Source: Candidatus Moraniibacteriota bacterium (GTDB taxonomy: Bacteria > Patescibacteriota > Minisyncoccia > Moranbacterales > UBA1568). Taken from it: a stretch of DNA of 64,000 bases. The stretch is from positions 693,143-757,142 of the forward strand of contig JBAQEZ010000003.1 of NCBI GenBank assembly GCA_049287005.1, read 5' to 3'. The first letter of the stretch is position 1; every line of letters starts with the position of its first letter. A program made the position numbers and the translations under genes. Under the pieces are notes generated by a model, which worked only from the letters and a program-made list of their open reading frames with translations, had not been told where the DNA came from and searched no databases. This document shows, one piece after another, positions 44,313-52,399 of the stretch.

Positions 44313-45416
44313 TTATCTCTGCTTGAGATGTTCTTCCAGCGCGTTCTCAACGCAGTCTTTCATTGTAGCCTTAAACCGCTCTTTGTCAAAAGGCATAGCC
44401 TTGCTTCTGATATACTCGGCATCGTAGTCGGTATCACGAAAATGTTCCACGGCGCGTACGATAGCCTCAGGCGTCTGTTCATCAAAGAATACTCCCATCC
44501 GCCCCTCTTCCAGATGTTCGACGATATCTCCTGACCGATACGCGATGAGCGGCCGACCGGATGCCATCGCCTCGATAGCCACGATACCGAAATCTTCCTC
44601 TTGCGGAAAAACAAAGCCGCGACACTTGGCATAATATCCAGGCAGATCCTCTTCGGGTACCCGACCGAGAAATTCGATGGTCGGTCCGGCTATTTTGCGC
44701 AATCGTTCGATTTCCGGTCCGCGCCCGATGATTTTGAGCGGCAAGCGCAGACGGTTGAAGGCTTCGATGGCGATATCATGCCGCTTGTACGCGATGAGAC
44801 GGCCGACGATGAGAAAATAATCCTCCCGCTCTTGTGAGATATGAAAACGTTCGACATTGACTGGCGGATGGATCACGCGCGCTTCTTTGCCATAATATTT
44901 TTTGATGCGCTTGGCGACAAAATGCGAGTTCGTCAAGAAATGATCGATCCGATCGGCGCTCGCCCTATCCCAGAGACGGATCGGGCTCATGAAAAACGGC
45001 ACCAGCTTCTTGATCATCTGAGGGAAGCCGAAGTCTTGGGTATATTTCTGACAATCGTCCCACGCGTAACGCATCGGCGTGTGCATGTAGCAAATATGAA
45101 GCGTTTCGGGCCGCGTGATGATGCCCTTGGCATAACTCGACGAATCCGACAGGACAATATCATATTTACTGAAATCGAATTGCTCGATGGCCAGCGGCAT
45201 GAGCGGAGGGAAAAAACGATGGCGTTTGCGCGAGAAGGGCAGGTTTTGGAGAAACGACGTATAAATCCGCTTGTTTTCGAATATGCCGTGCATCGCTTCC
45301 TGGTCATGAATCAGGGTATAGATCGGCGCATAGGGAAAAAGTTCGGTGAAGGCTTCGAGCACGCGCTCCGCTCCCCCGTACTGCACCAAATAATCATGCA
45401 CCAATGCGATTTTCAT
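44313..45416 (-). CDS. GT4 glycosyltransferase
   Basis: MKIALVHDYLVQYGGAERV N-terminus and EDFGIVAIEAMASGRPLIA. Confidence 0.8.
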   Translation of the reverse strand: MKIALVHDYLVQYGGAERVLEAFTELFPYAPIYTLIHDQEAMHGIFENKRIYTSFLQNLPFSRKRHRFFPPLMPLAIEQFDFSKYDIVLSDSSSYAKGIITRPETLHICYMHTPMRYAWDDCQKYTQDFGFPQMIKKLVPFFMSPIRLWDRASADRIDHFLTNSHFVAKRIKKYYGKEARVIHPPVNVERFHISQEREDYFLIVGRLIAYKRHDIAIEAFNRLRLPLKIIGRGPEIERLRKIAGPTIEFLGRVPEEDLPGYYAKCRGFVFPQEEDFGIVAIEAMASGRPLIAYRSGDIVEHLEEGRMGVFFDEQTPEAIVRAVEHFRDTDYDAEYIRSKAMPFDKERFKATMKDCVENALEEHLKQR

Positions 45417-45439
45417 TCCAGTAGAGCACCGTCTGTATT

Positions 45440-46453
45440 TTACAATCCGTAGAGATTTTTGTTTTTCACGTGCTCTTCATACGTGACAGAAAAAATAGTC
45501 CCCCCTGTTTTCGGATCACTCAAGAAATAAAAATAAGGATTGCTCTGCGGAGCCAGAGTTGCCTCGAGAGATACTATCCCCGGATTGCCGATCGGCCCCG
45601 GCGGCAATCCCGCATTCATATAGGTATTATACGGTGATGGCGTCCGCGTTTCCGCATACGAATATTGCGTTTTGTCAACGCCGAGAATATATTGGAGCGT
45701 AGCGCAACTCTGCAGAGCCTGACCGATAGCCAGCCGCCGGAGAAAAATATCCGCTACTATTTTCCGATCTGTCGCTGACTTCACCTCATTTTCTACGATA
45801 CTGGCCAGCGTCACCGCTTCATACAGGTTATGCTGCCGTTCTCTGGCTTTCACGCGGAGCCGTACGTCAACCTTCATACCGAAATTTGTCAGCATTTTTT
45901 CGATAATCACTTCAGCAGAGGTTTGCGGGTTGAAAAAATACGTATCAGGGAAAAGGAAGCCCTCCAGTGATGCGGTGGCCGGCAGATCAGCCAAGAAATC
46001 GAATTTTTGTCTCCACTCCGGTTTTGGTTTTTGTACCAGAGCCAGAAAGGCTGCTCCAGGAAGACTATTCGCCGTCAACCGCTCCGCCATTTTCTCGCTG
46101 TTCCACCCCTCCGGAAAGGTGATACGCAGGTCGCGAGGCACCGTCTTGCCTTCCGTCATCATGAAAACGATGTCCGCTATGGTCAGGTTCCCGCTCAGAC
46201 CGTATGTGCCGGCCACGAGCATATGTATCTTTCCTTCGCGTGCCAACTGCCACAGAAAAACATACCGCGTCGTGATCAGCCCGGAGTCCTCGAGGTGTTT
46301 CGCTACGCTGAAACTATTCTCTCCTTGTCCCACTTCGAAACGCTGCTCTTGCCTCTCCCTCCCATGAGAATGATCCACAGCATAAGAAAGGTAAAAAAAC
46401 GCCACACCCGTGAGAAGAGAAAAAAACACGGCGACCGTTAGAAAAAGACGCAT
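45440..46453 (-). CDS. mltG: Endolytic murein transglycosylase MltG (YceG family)
   Basis: TM segment then a YceG domain (TFPEGW, LASIVENE). The ORF-track start is TTG; the ATG is at 46451-46453. Confidence 0.75.
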   Translation of the reverse strand: MRLFLTVAVFFSLLTGVAFFYLSYAVDHSHGRERQEQRFEVGQGENSFSVAKHLEDSGLITTRYVFLWQLAREGKIHMLVAGTYGLSGNLTIADIVFMMTEGKTVPRDLRITFPEGWNSEKMAERLTANSLPGAAFLALVQKPKPEWRQKFDFLADLPATASLEGFLFPDTYFFNPQTSAEVIIEKMLTNFGMKVDVRLRVKARERQHNLYEAVTLASIVENEVKSATDRKIVADIFLRRLAIGQALQSCATLQYILGVDKTQYSYAETRTPSPYNTYMNAGLPPGPIGNPGIVSLEATLAPQSNPYFYFLSDPKTGGTIFSVTYEEHVKNKNLYGL

Positions 46454-46464
46454 AGACAGAGCAG

Positions 46465-47091
46465 TTACAATGACTTTTGAATCAATGGCACGAATACGAA
46501 TCCCGGAAATTCCTCTTTGTGCCAATCGTTTTCTCCACGCTTCTCGAGATATACGAGATGGTTGTGCACCGGAATGACCAGCTTGCCTCCGATCACCAGC
46601 TGTTCCTTGAGCGCTGCCGGCACGGCTTCAGCCGCGGCAGAAACCAGTATCCGGTCATACGGACGCAACGGCTCATATCCCTGATTCCCATCCCCAAAAA
46701 TACAGGTGACGAGACCAGAACTTACAAAACCGAATTTTTCTACATTGTACTTGGTCATCTCATGCAATTCCGGAAGCACTTCGATGGCCGCAACCGCGCC
46801 CGTGCTGCCGACGATGTGCGCCAGCATCGCGCTGGTCCACCCGGAGCCGCTACCGACATCCAAGATCTTGTGACCCGCTTGCGGATCCAGGAGCTCGAAC
46901 ATGATAGCCACGGTCGATGGCTGGCTGATCGTCTGTCCGTAGCCGATCGGAAGCGGTATATCGACTTCCGCTTGCGGTTCGAACTCCGACGGGACGAACT
47001 CAGCTCGTGTCACCTCGCTGAATGCCTGAATAACCGCTTCCGATTTGAGATACCCGTTGCGAATAAGAATTTCCACCAGTCCACTACGCAT
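46465..47091 (-). CDS. pcm: Protein-L-isoaspartate O-methyltransferase
   Basis: QTISQPSTVAIMFELL, ILDVGSGSGWTSAMLA (SAM motif I). Confidence 0.85.
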   Translation of the reverse strand: MRSGLVEILIRNGYLKSEAVIQAFSEVTRAEFVPSEFEPQAEVDIPLPIGYGQTISQPSTVAIMFELLDPQAGHKILDVGSGSGWTSAMLAHIVGSTGAVAAIEVLPELHEMTKYNVEKFGFVSSGLVTCIFGDGNQGYEPLRPYDRILVSAAAEAVPAALKEQLVIGGKLVIPVHNHLVYLEKRGENDWHKEEFPGFVFVPLIQKSL

Positions 47092-47108
47092 AGAAAATAT
47101 GAGAAAAA

Positions 47109-47549
47109 CTACAATCCGATTACCTGAATGAAAACATCGCGCTTGCGGGAACCATCGAACTCTACGGCGAAGATACTCTGTCGTTCAGTCAAAAACAGCT
47201 TTCCTTTTTCCACGGGGATCGTTTCGCTGTTTCCCAAGAGGATAGCCTTGCAATGCGAGTGGCCGTTGCTGCGTCCGTCGGAGCCAGATTCGCGCCGGAG
47301 CTCGAAAAGATCGTGAGAATAATGATCATCTACCGGCACCGCCTTATACAAGATACGCATGAAGTCCTGGATCAGCATCGATTCGTTATGATTGATAGCG
47401 ACACCCATGGTCGTGTGCGGTACATAGACCAAGACTTGTCCCTCCCGGATACCGGAACGATCGACGATTTCCTGCACCTTATCCGTGATATCCATAAACT
47501 CGATCTGAGTCTTGCTCGTCAAATCGATTCTTTCCTTGTGAATTTTCAT
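47109..47549 (-). CDS. YjbQ/UPF0047 family protein
   Basis: LVYVPHTTMGVAINHNE...GHSHCKAIL. The ORF-track start is GTG; the ATG is at 47547-47549. Confidence 0.7.
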   Translation of the reverse strand: MKIHKERIDLTSKTQIEFMDITDKVQEIVDRSGIREGQVLVYVPHTTMGVAINHNESMLIQDFMRILYKAVPVDDHYSHDLFELRRESGSDGRSNGHSHCKAILLGNSETIPVEKGKLFLTERQSIFAVEFDGSRKRDVFIQVIGL

Positions 47550-47577
47550 ATGATGTTCGTTTTTAGCGGCTAAAGAA

Positions 47578-47907
47578 TCATATCGCGGCAGGGAGATGCT
47601 CCAGTTCGCTCTTGAGCTTGTCTTTCCCCTGGACACCGATAAGTTCTTTGACTACCTGACCGCTCTTGAATACTTTGATGGTCGGGATAGACATGATGCC
47701 ATAAGCTGCCGCGGTAGCCGGATTTTCATCAACGTTGACCTTGCCAATCTTGACCGTTGTCATCTCCTCTGCCAACTCATCGATAACCGGCCCCATCAAC
47801 TGGCACGGACCGCACCACGGCGCCCAAAAATCAACCAGCACAGGCTTATCGCTCTTCAGGACTTCTTGCTCGAAATTCGCGTCAGTAAATTCCATTGCCA
47901 TAAACAT
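47578..47907 (-). CDS. trxA: Thioredoxin
   Basis: WAPWCGPCQ active site. Several in-frame ATGs lie between 47895 and 47907. Confidence 0.9.
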   Translation of the reverse strand: MFMAMEFTDANFEQEVLKSDKPVLVDFWAPWCGPCQLMGPVIDELAEEMTTVKIGKVNVDENPATAAAYGIMSIPTIKVFKSGQVVKELIGVQGKDKLKSELEHLPAAI

Positions 47908-48034
47908 ATTTTTTTAAAAAATTACGCATAAAGTGCTTCTAGTATACCGAGAAAGGGAGAAAAAGGCAAAAAAACAGCGGCCGAGAGAATCTCTCCTGCC
48001 GCCACCCTCCCGCAGTCGGCGCATCGCTGCCGAG

Positions 48035-48229
48035 TCAATCCGTTTGATGGTTTTTCTCGACAATGTGGCCCATTTCCACCATTTGACGATTCAGCTGCCG
48101 CTGAAAAGCAATAGCGTCTTGCGTTAGCGGAACCACGCCCCGATGCGGCGGTGAAAGGGTTATGCGGACCAAATCCATTTCCAAACCGCTGATCGGATGT
48201 CCGTCTTCGCTGATAGTCTGGCTCATCAT
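48035..48229 (-). CDS. Small hypothetical protein (about 64 aa)
   Basis: A GGGGAG Shine-Dalgarno sits 4 nt before ATGATG at 48229; the gene lies between lepA and trxA; no family recognised. Confidence 0.35.
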   Translation of the reverse strand: MMSQTISEDGHPISGLEMDLVRITLSPPHRGVVPLTQDAIAFQRQLNRQMVEMGHIVEKNHQTD

Positions 48230-48288
48230 TTGTCTCCCCAGAAAGAACCACCTGTAAAAAGGCAACGTTGCACCATAGCACGTCCTGC

Positions 48289-50100
48289 TTATTTTTTCAA
48301 GACCGCGAGAAAGGCGCTGCTTGGGATGGAAACCTTACCGATATCACGCATTTTTTTCTTGCCCTTCTTCTGCTTCTCGAGCAGTTTCTTTTTGCGGGAA
48401 AAATCACCGCCGTACAGACCCCCTGTCACGTCTTTGCGAAAGGCGGCGATAGTCTCGCGCGCAATGACCTTGCCGCCGATGGCGGCCTGGATGGCGACCG
48501 CGAAATTCTGCTTCGGGATCACTTCTTTCAATTTTTCCACGACCCGCTTGCCCTCGCCATAGGCATCACGCCGCGGAATCATGCGCGCAAATGCATCGAC
48601 GGGCTCATTGGCTACCAGGATTTCCAGTTTAACCACATCACTGGCACGATATTCGATCGGCTCATAATTCATCGACGCATAGCCCGAAGAGGCGCTTTTC
48701 AATTCATCATGGAAGCTCACGATCACATCCATGAGCGGCGCCTCGAAAGATAGCAACACGCGTTCCTCGTCGATATACTCGGTATTCTTGTACTCCGCCC
48801 GGATAGACTGCGTCAGGCTGATCACGTTACCCAGATATTCGCTCGGCGTCACGATAGACAGCGCGACATAGGGCTCGTATATTTTCTCGATACTCGCCGG
48901 ATCAGGAAGATTCGTCGGAGAGTAGAGAGGGATGCGTTCGGCTGATCCGCGCAGCTCGATCTCGTACACGACCGATGGCGTCGTGATCGTCGGACTAAGA
49001 CTGAATTCGCGTTCCAGACGCGCCTGGATAATCTCCAGATGCAGCAGACCCAAAAAACCGCAACGGAAGCCTCGTCCCAACGCCTGATTGCTCTCCGGTT
49101 CGAACGTAAATGCCGCGTCATTGAGTTTCAGTTTATCGAGCGCGTCACGCATCAATGTATAATCATCACCATCGACAGGATAAAAGCTCGCATAGACCGC
49201 CGGTTTTATTTCCTTGTATCCCGACAAGCGTTCGACGAGCACCTTCTCTCGCTCTTTGGGCTTCCATGTCACCGTATCGCCGACACGACAGTGTCCGACT
49301 TCTTTCAAACCAGTTGCGACATAACCGATATCGCCTGCCCGCAGAATATCTGTCGGTGCAAGAAAAGGTTTGAATAATCCGACTTCTACAGTCACTCCTT
49401 CTTTTTCAGTCCCCAGCATATGGAGCATATCGTCGCGCTTCACGGAGCCGTCCACCACCTTCACGTACGCCACCACGCCTTTGTATGTATTATAAACGGA
49501 ATCGAAAATGAGGGCGCGCAGAGGCTTGTTCTCATCTCCGTTCGGTGCGGGAACCATCTCGATCACACGCTCCAGTACCGCCTGTACGCCGATACCCGTC
49601 TTGCCGGAAGCGAGCAATATCTCCTCTTCTGCGCAACCGAGAATATGGACGATTTCTTTCTTGGTTTTTGCCGTTTCCGCATTCGGCAGATCGATCTTGT
49701 TCACGACCGGAATGATGGTTAACCCCTGCTCGACGGCCAGATATAAGTTGGCCAATGTCTGAGCCTGCACACCCTTGGTCGCATCCACGAGGAGGATTGC
49801 CCCTTCGACAGCCGCCAGCGAGCGCGAAACTTCGTAATGAAAATCCACGTGTCCCGGAGTGTCGATCAGATTGAGCATGTATTCCGTACCCTGGTGGACA
49901 TAGTGCATCTGCACCGGCTGAAGCTTGATCGTGATCCCGCGCTCCCGCTCAAGATCCATCTGATCCAGGAGCTGCTCTTTCATCTTGCGCACTTCTACCG
50001 TTTTGGTAAGCTCAAGCAAACGGTCAGCCAACGTGGACTTACCATGATCGATATGGGCTATGATGCAAAAATTGCGAATGTTTTTTTGACGTGGAGACAT
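48289..50100 (-). CDS. lepA: Elongation factor 4 (LepA)
   Basis: NFCIIAHIDHGKSTLADRLL G1 motif and the LepA C-terminal domain. The ORF-track start is TTG; the ATG is at 50098-50100. Confidence 0.9.
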   Translation of the reverse strand: MSPRQKNIRNFCIIAHIDHGKSTLADRLLELTKTVEVRKMKEQLLDQMDLERERGITIKLQPVQMHYVHQGTEYMLNLIDTPGHVDFHYEVSRSLAAVEGAILLVDATKGVQAQTLANLYLAVEQGLTIIPVVNKIDLPNAETAKTKKEIVHILGCAEEEILLASGKTGIGVQAVLERVIEMVPAPNGDENKPLRALIFDSVYNTYKGVVAYVKVVDGSVKRDDMLHMLGTEKEGVTVEVGLFKPFLAPTDILRAGDIGYVATGLKEVGHCRVGDTVTWKPKEREKVLVERLSGYKEIKPAVYASFYPVDGDDYTLMRDALDKLKLNDAAFTFEPESNQALGRGFRCGFLGLLHLEIIQARLEREFSLSPTITTPSVVYEIELRGSAERIPLYSPTNLPDPASIEKIYEPYVALSIVTPSEYLGNVISLTQSIRAEYKNTEYIDEERVLLSFEAPLMDVIVSFHDELKSASSGYASMNYEPIEYRASDVVKLEILVANEPVDAFARMIPRRDAYGEGKRVVEKLKEVIPKQNFAVAIQAAIGGKVIARETIAAFRKDVTGGLYGGDFSRKKKLLEKQKKGKKKMRDIGKVSIPSSAFLAVLKK

Positions 50101-50148
50101 ATATGTTACGGTAGAGGAAAAACCGCCCAAAAGCAAGGATCATCCGTC

Positions 50149-50175
50149 TTGACAAATAGAAAGGAATTTTATACT
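50149..50175 (+). promoter_or_regulatory. Sigma70-like promoter (TTGACA-15-TATACT) divergent from lepA, driving a short plus-strand transcript
   Basis: cTTGACAaatagaaaggaatttTATACTgtacattcATG; the ATG at 50184 would be essentially leaderless. Confidence 0.4.
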
Positions 50176-50282
50176 GTACATTCATGAAACAGCGATTATC
50201 ATCATTCTTTTTTTGGTTTTACTTTACCGGTTCTCCGGTGAAGAGTTGATTTTTGTCTTGTAGCTCGAAAGATTACAAAATG

Positions 50283-50312
50283 AAAACCGACTCTCCACCG
50301 AGCCGGTTTTTT
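50283..50312 (+). terminator. Intrinsic terminator (aaaaccgactc/gagccggtttt plus U-run) about 130 nt downstream of that promoter
   Basis: aaaaccgactctccaccgagccggtttttt. Confidence 0.55.
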
Positions 50313-50349
50313 GCTTCTCCACCTCTTTACCAATTGAATAAAGGAAAAG

Positions 50350-50553
50350 ATGATGATTGATTGTCCGCAATGTTCAGAGCCGATGTCTCTGAAGTACGAT
50401 ACCCTGTGCACGCTTCTGACGCAGCGAGTGACAAGAACCTTTCGCGTGTTCCACCACTCGAAATACCACAGCCGGTGCCCATACCAACATTTCGTCCCGA
50501 TTGCCACGATGCCTCTCTCGGAGCTGAACCTCCCGTGCGCAATCAGCAACTGA
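50350..50553 (+). CDS. Small Cys-containing hypothetical protein (67 aa), a plus-strand gene in the lepA-murJ gap
   Basis: AAGGAAAAG Shine-Dalgarno before ATGATG; CPQC near the N-terminus; ends just before a double-hairpin terminator. Confidence 0.35.
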   Translation: MMIDCPQCSEPMSLKYDTLCTLLTQRVTRTFRVFHHSKYHSRCPYQHFVPIATMPLSELNLPCAISN

Positions 50554-50609
50554 GGCGGGCAACGTCCGCCAAACACCCCCATCGCCCGCAAGGCATGGGG
50601 GCTTTTCTT
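50554..50609 (+). terminator. Tandem hairpins (ggcgg/ccgcc and cccccat/atggggg) plus U-tract
   Basis: ggcgggcaacgtccgcc...cccccatcgcccgcaaggcatgggggcttttctt. Confidence 0.55.
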
Positions 50610-52263
50610 ACCAATCCCCGCGCTCGGGGTGATCTTCAGCGAGGGCGGCCGTTTCCGGCTGACGCAAAACCTTGCACAAAACAAAGCGTTTCACCATCTG
50701 CAATTCATCTACCCGAAGCCAGTGACACACCATGACAAAAGACACGCCCCCGATGATCAGACCGGTCACAAGCTGCAAGAACACCTTGACGAAAGTGTCG
50801 AGTTCGCTGATGGTCAGAGCGAAGACCTGCTTGGAGATCTGCGCGATCAGCGAGGCACAGAGCGTCGCAAAAAGAATTTTTATCATGGGAGAAAAGAATT
50901 CCCGATCATTCCAAAAGGACAATTTTTTACGCAACGCCACATAGAGCAGGGCAAAATTGAAAATACTGCTCACCGAGAAAGCGATGGCCAGACCGAGAAC
51001 GGCATACCGCGGCAACAGTATCGGGATCAGGACAATCTGCAATGCCGCACTCCAGAGAGCGATGTAAAACGGCGTTTTGGTGTTCTGCAAAGCGAAGAAT
51101 GCTCGCGCGAAGAGAGGTATCAGACTCTGCGCGAACAAGCTGATCGAAAGAAACTTCAAAACATCAAAAGTACGGATGGTGTCTTCCCAATCGAAATGTC
51201 CCGTCCCGAGAATGACGCGCACAAGCTGCGCGCGAAAGATGATCATGAACAAAGAAAGCGGCAACACAAAAAAGAGGATGCGTCGTGACGTCTGTGTCAG
51301 TATTTCGAAGAAATCCTGATCTCGTTTCTTGGCCGCGAAAAAGGAGAGCGACGGAAACACCGCTACGGCAAACGCGATGCCGAACAAACCCAGTGGCACG
51401 CTTTGGATATTGTTCGCCAGAGTGAACACGGCCAAGCTCCCGGAAGCCAGCATCGATGCGAATATCGTCACGGCGAACAAACCGACCTGACTGATCGCCA
51501 AACCAAGCGAGCGCGGGATCATCAGTTTGATGACTTTGCGAACGGTAGCGTCCCTCCAGATATTCATGGAATGCAGTCTGAAACGAAACCCGGAACGTTT
51601 GAGCGATGGATACTGGATCAGCATATGCAAGAACGATCCGAGCACCACGCCCCACGCCAAACCTACCGGACCCATGAATGGAACGAGAAAAAGCGCTCCG
51701 CATATGATGCCCACGTTATAAAAAATCGGCGCCAACGAATACGCGACGAATTGCTTGAAAGAAACCAGTACCCCTCCGAACACGGCGCTGACCGCCAGAA
51801 AAATCGGGGAAAGAAACATCACCCGCGTCAGCATGACCACCATGGTCATTTTTTCCGGAGTGAATCCTGGCGTGATCAGCACGGTCAGCCACGGCGCGAA
51901 CAGCATACCCGCCAGCGAAAGTCCTCCGAGAAAAAGCATCAGGAGATACAGCGTCCCGGAAGTCAGCTTCCACGCCTCTTCTTCTTTTTTCTCAGCCAGA
52001 AATTCGGTGAATACCGGCACAAAAGCCGCGCTGAGCGCTCCCAAAACAAGCAGACTATACAACAGATCCGGAATACGAAAGGCGGCATAGTACGCGTCCA
52101 ACACGTCTCCCGCTCCGAATTGGGAGGCCAGGATACGGTCACGCAAAAATCCGAGAAAACGGCTGGCGATGCCGGCTATGGCGATCAGCAATGCCGCGCT
52201 GCCCACCGTTTTACTGGGCACGCTGGTCCATAAGGAAAAATTGTTGATCCATCGCTTGACCAT
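50608..52263 (-). CDS. murJ: Lipid II flippase MurJ (MviN)
   Basis: 14-TM MOP-family protein with ASRFLGFLRDRILASQFGAGDVLDAYYAAFRIPD. The ORF-track start is GTG; the ATG is at 52261-52263. Confidence 0.85.
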   Translation of the reverse strand: MVKRWINNFSLWTSVPSKTVGSAALLIAIAGIASRFLGFLRDRILASQFGAGDVLDAYYAAFRIPDLLYSLLVLGALSAAFVPVFTEFLAEKKEEEAWKLTSGTLYLLMLFLGGLSLAGMLFAPWLTVLITPGFTPEKMTMVVMLTRVMFLSPIFLAVSAVFGGVLVSFKQFVAYSLAPIFYNVGIICGALFLVPFMGPVGLAWGVVLGSFLHMLIQYPSLKRSGFRFRLHSMNIWRDATVRKVIKLMIPRSLGLAISQVGLFAVTIFASMLASGSLAVFTLANNIQSVPLGLFGIAFAVAVFPSLSFFAAKKRDQDFFEILTQTSRRILFFVLPLSLFMIIFRAQLVRVILGTGHFDWEDTIRTFDVLKFLSISLFAQSLIPLFARAFFALQNTKTPFYIALWSAALQIVLIPILLPRYAVLGLAIAFSVSSIFNFALLYVALRKKLSFWNDREFFSPMIKILFATLCASLIAQISKQVFALTISELDTFVKVFLQLVTGLIIGGVSFVMVCHWLRVDELQMVKRFVLCKVLRQPETAALAEDHPERGDW

Positions 52264-52399
52264 ACCCGGTGGCACTCCTTCAAATAATTATCATAAAATC
52301 GCTTCCCTCTTTTCCGGTCTTACCTCTGCTCCAATTTGTTTCCGATAAATACAGCTTCATTTTTTCTTTTGGCGTTGTCCCGCCGGGCGTAACTATTGG

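Noticed and set aside
50202-50684. 160-aa minus-strand ORF across the lepA-murJ gap
   Set aside because: It overlaps the murJ 3' end in another frame, is Arg/Trp-rich, and runs through both plus-strand terminators and the Shine-Dalgarno-supported plus-strand ORF.
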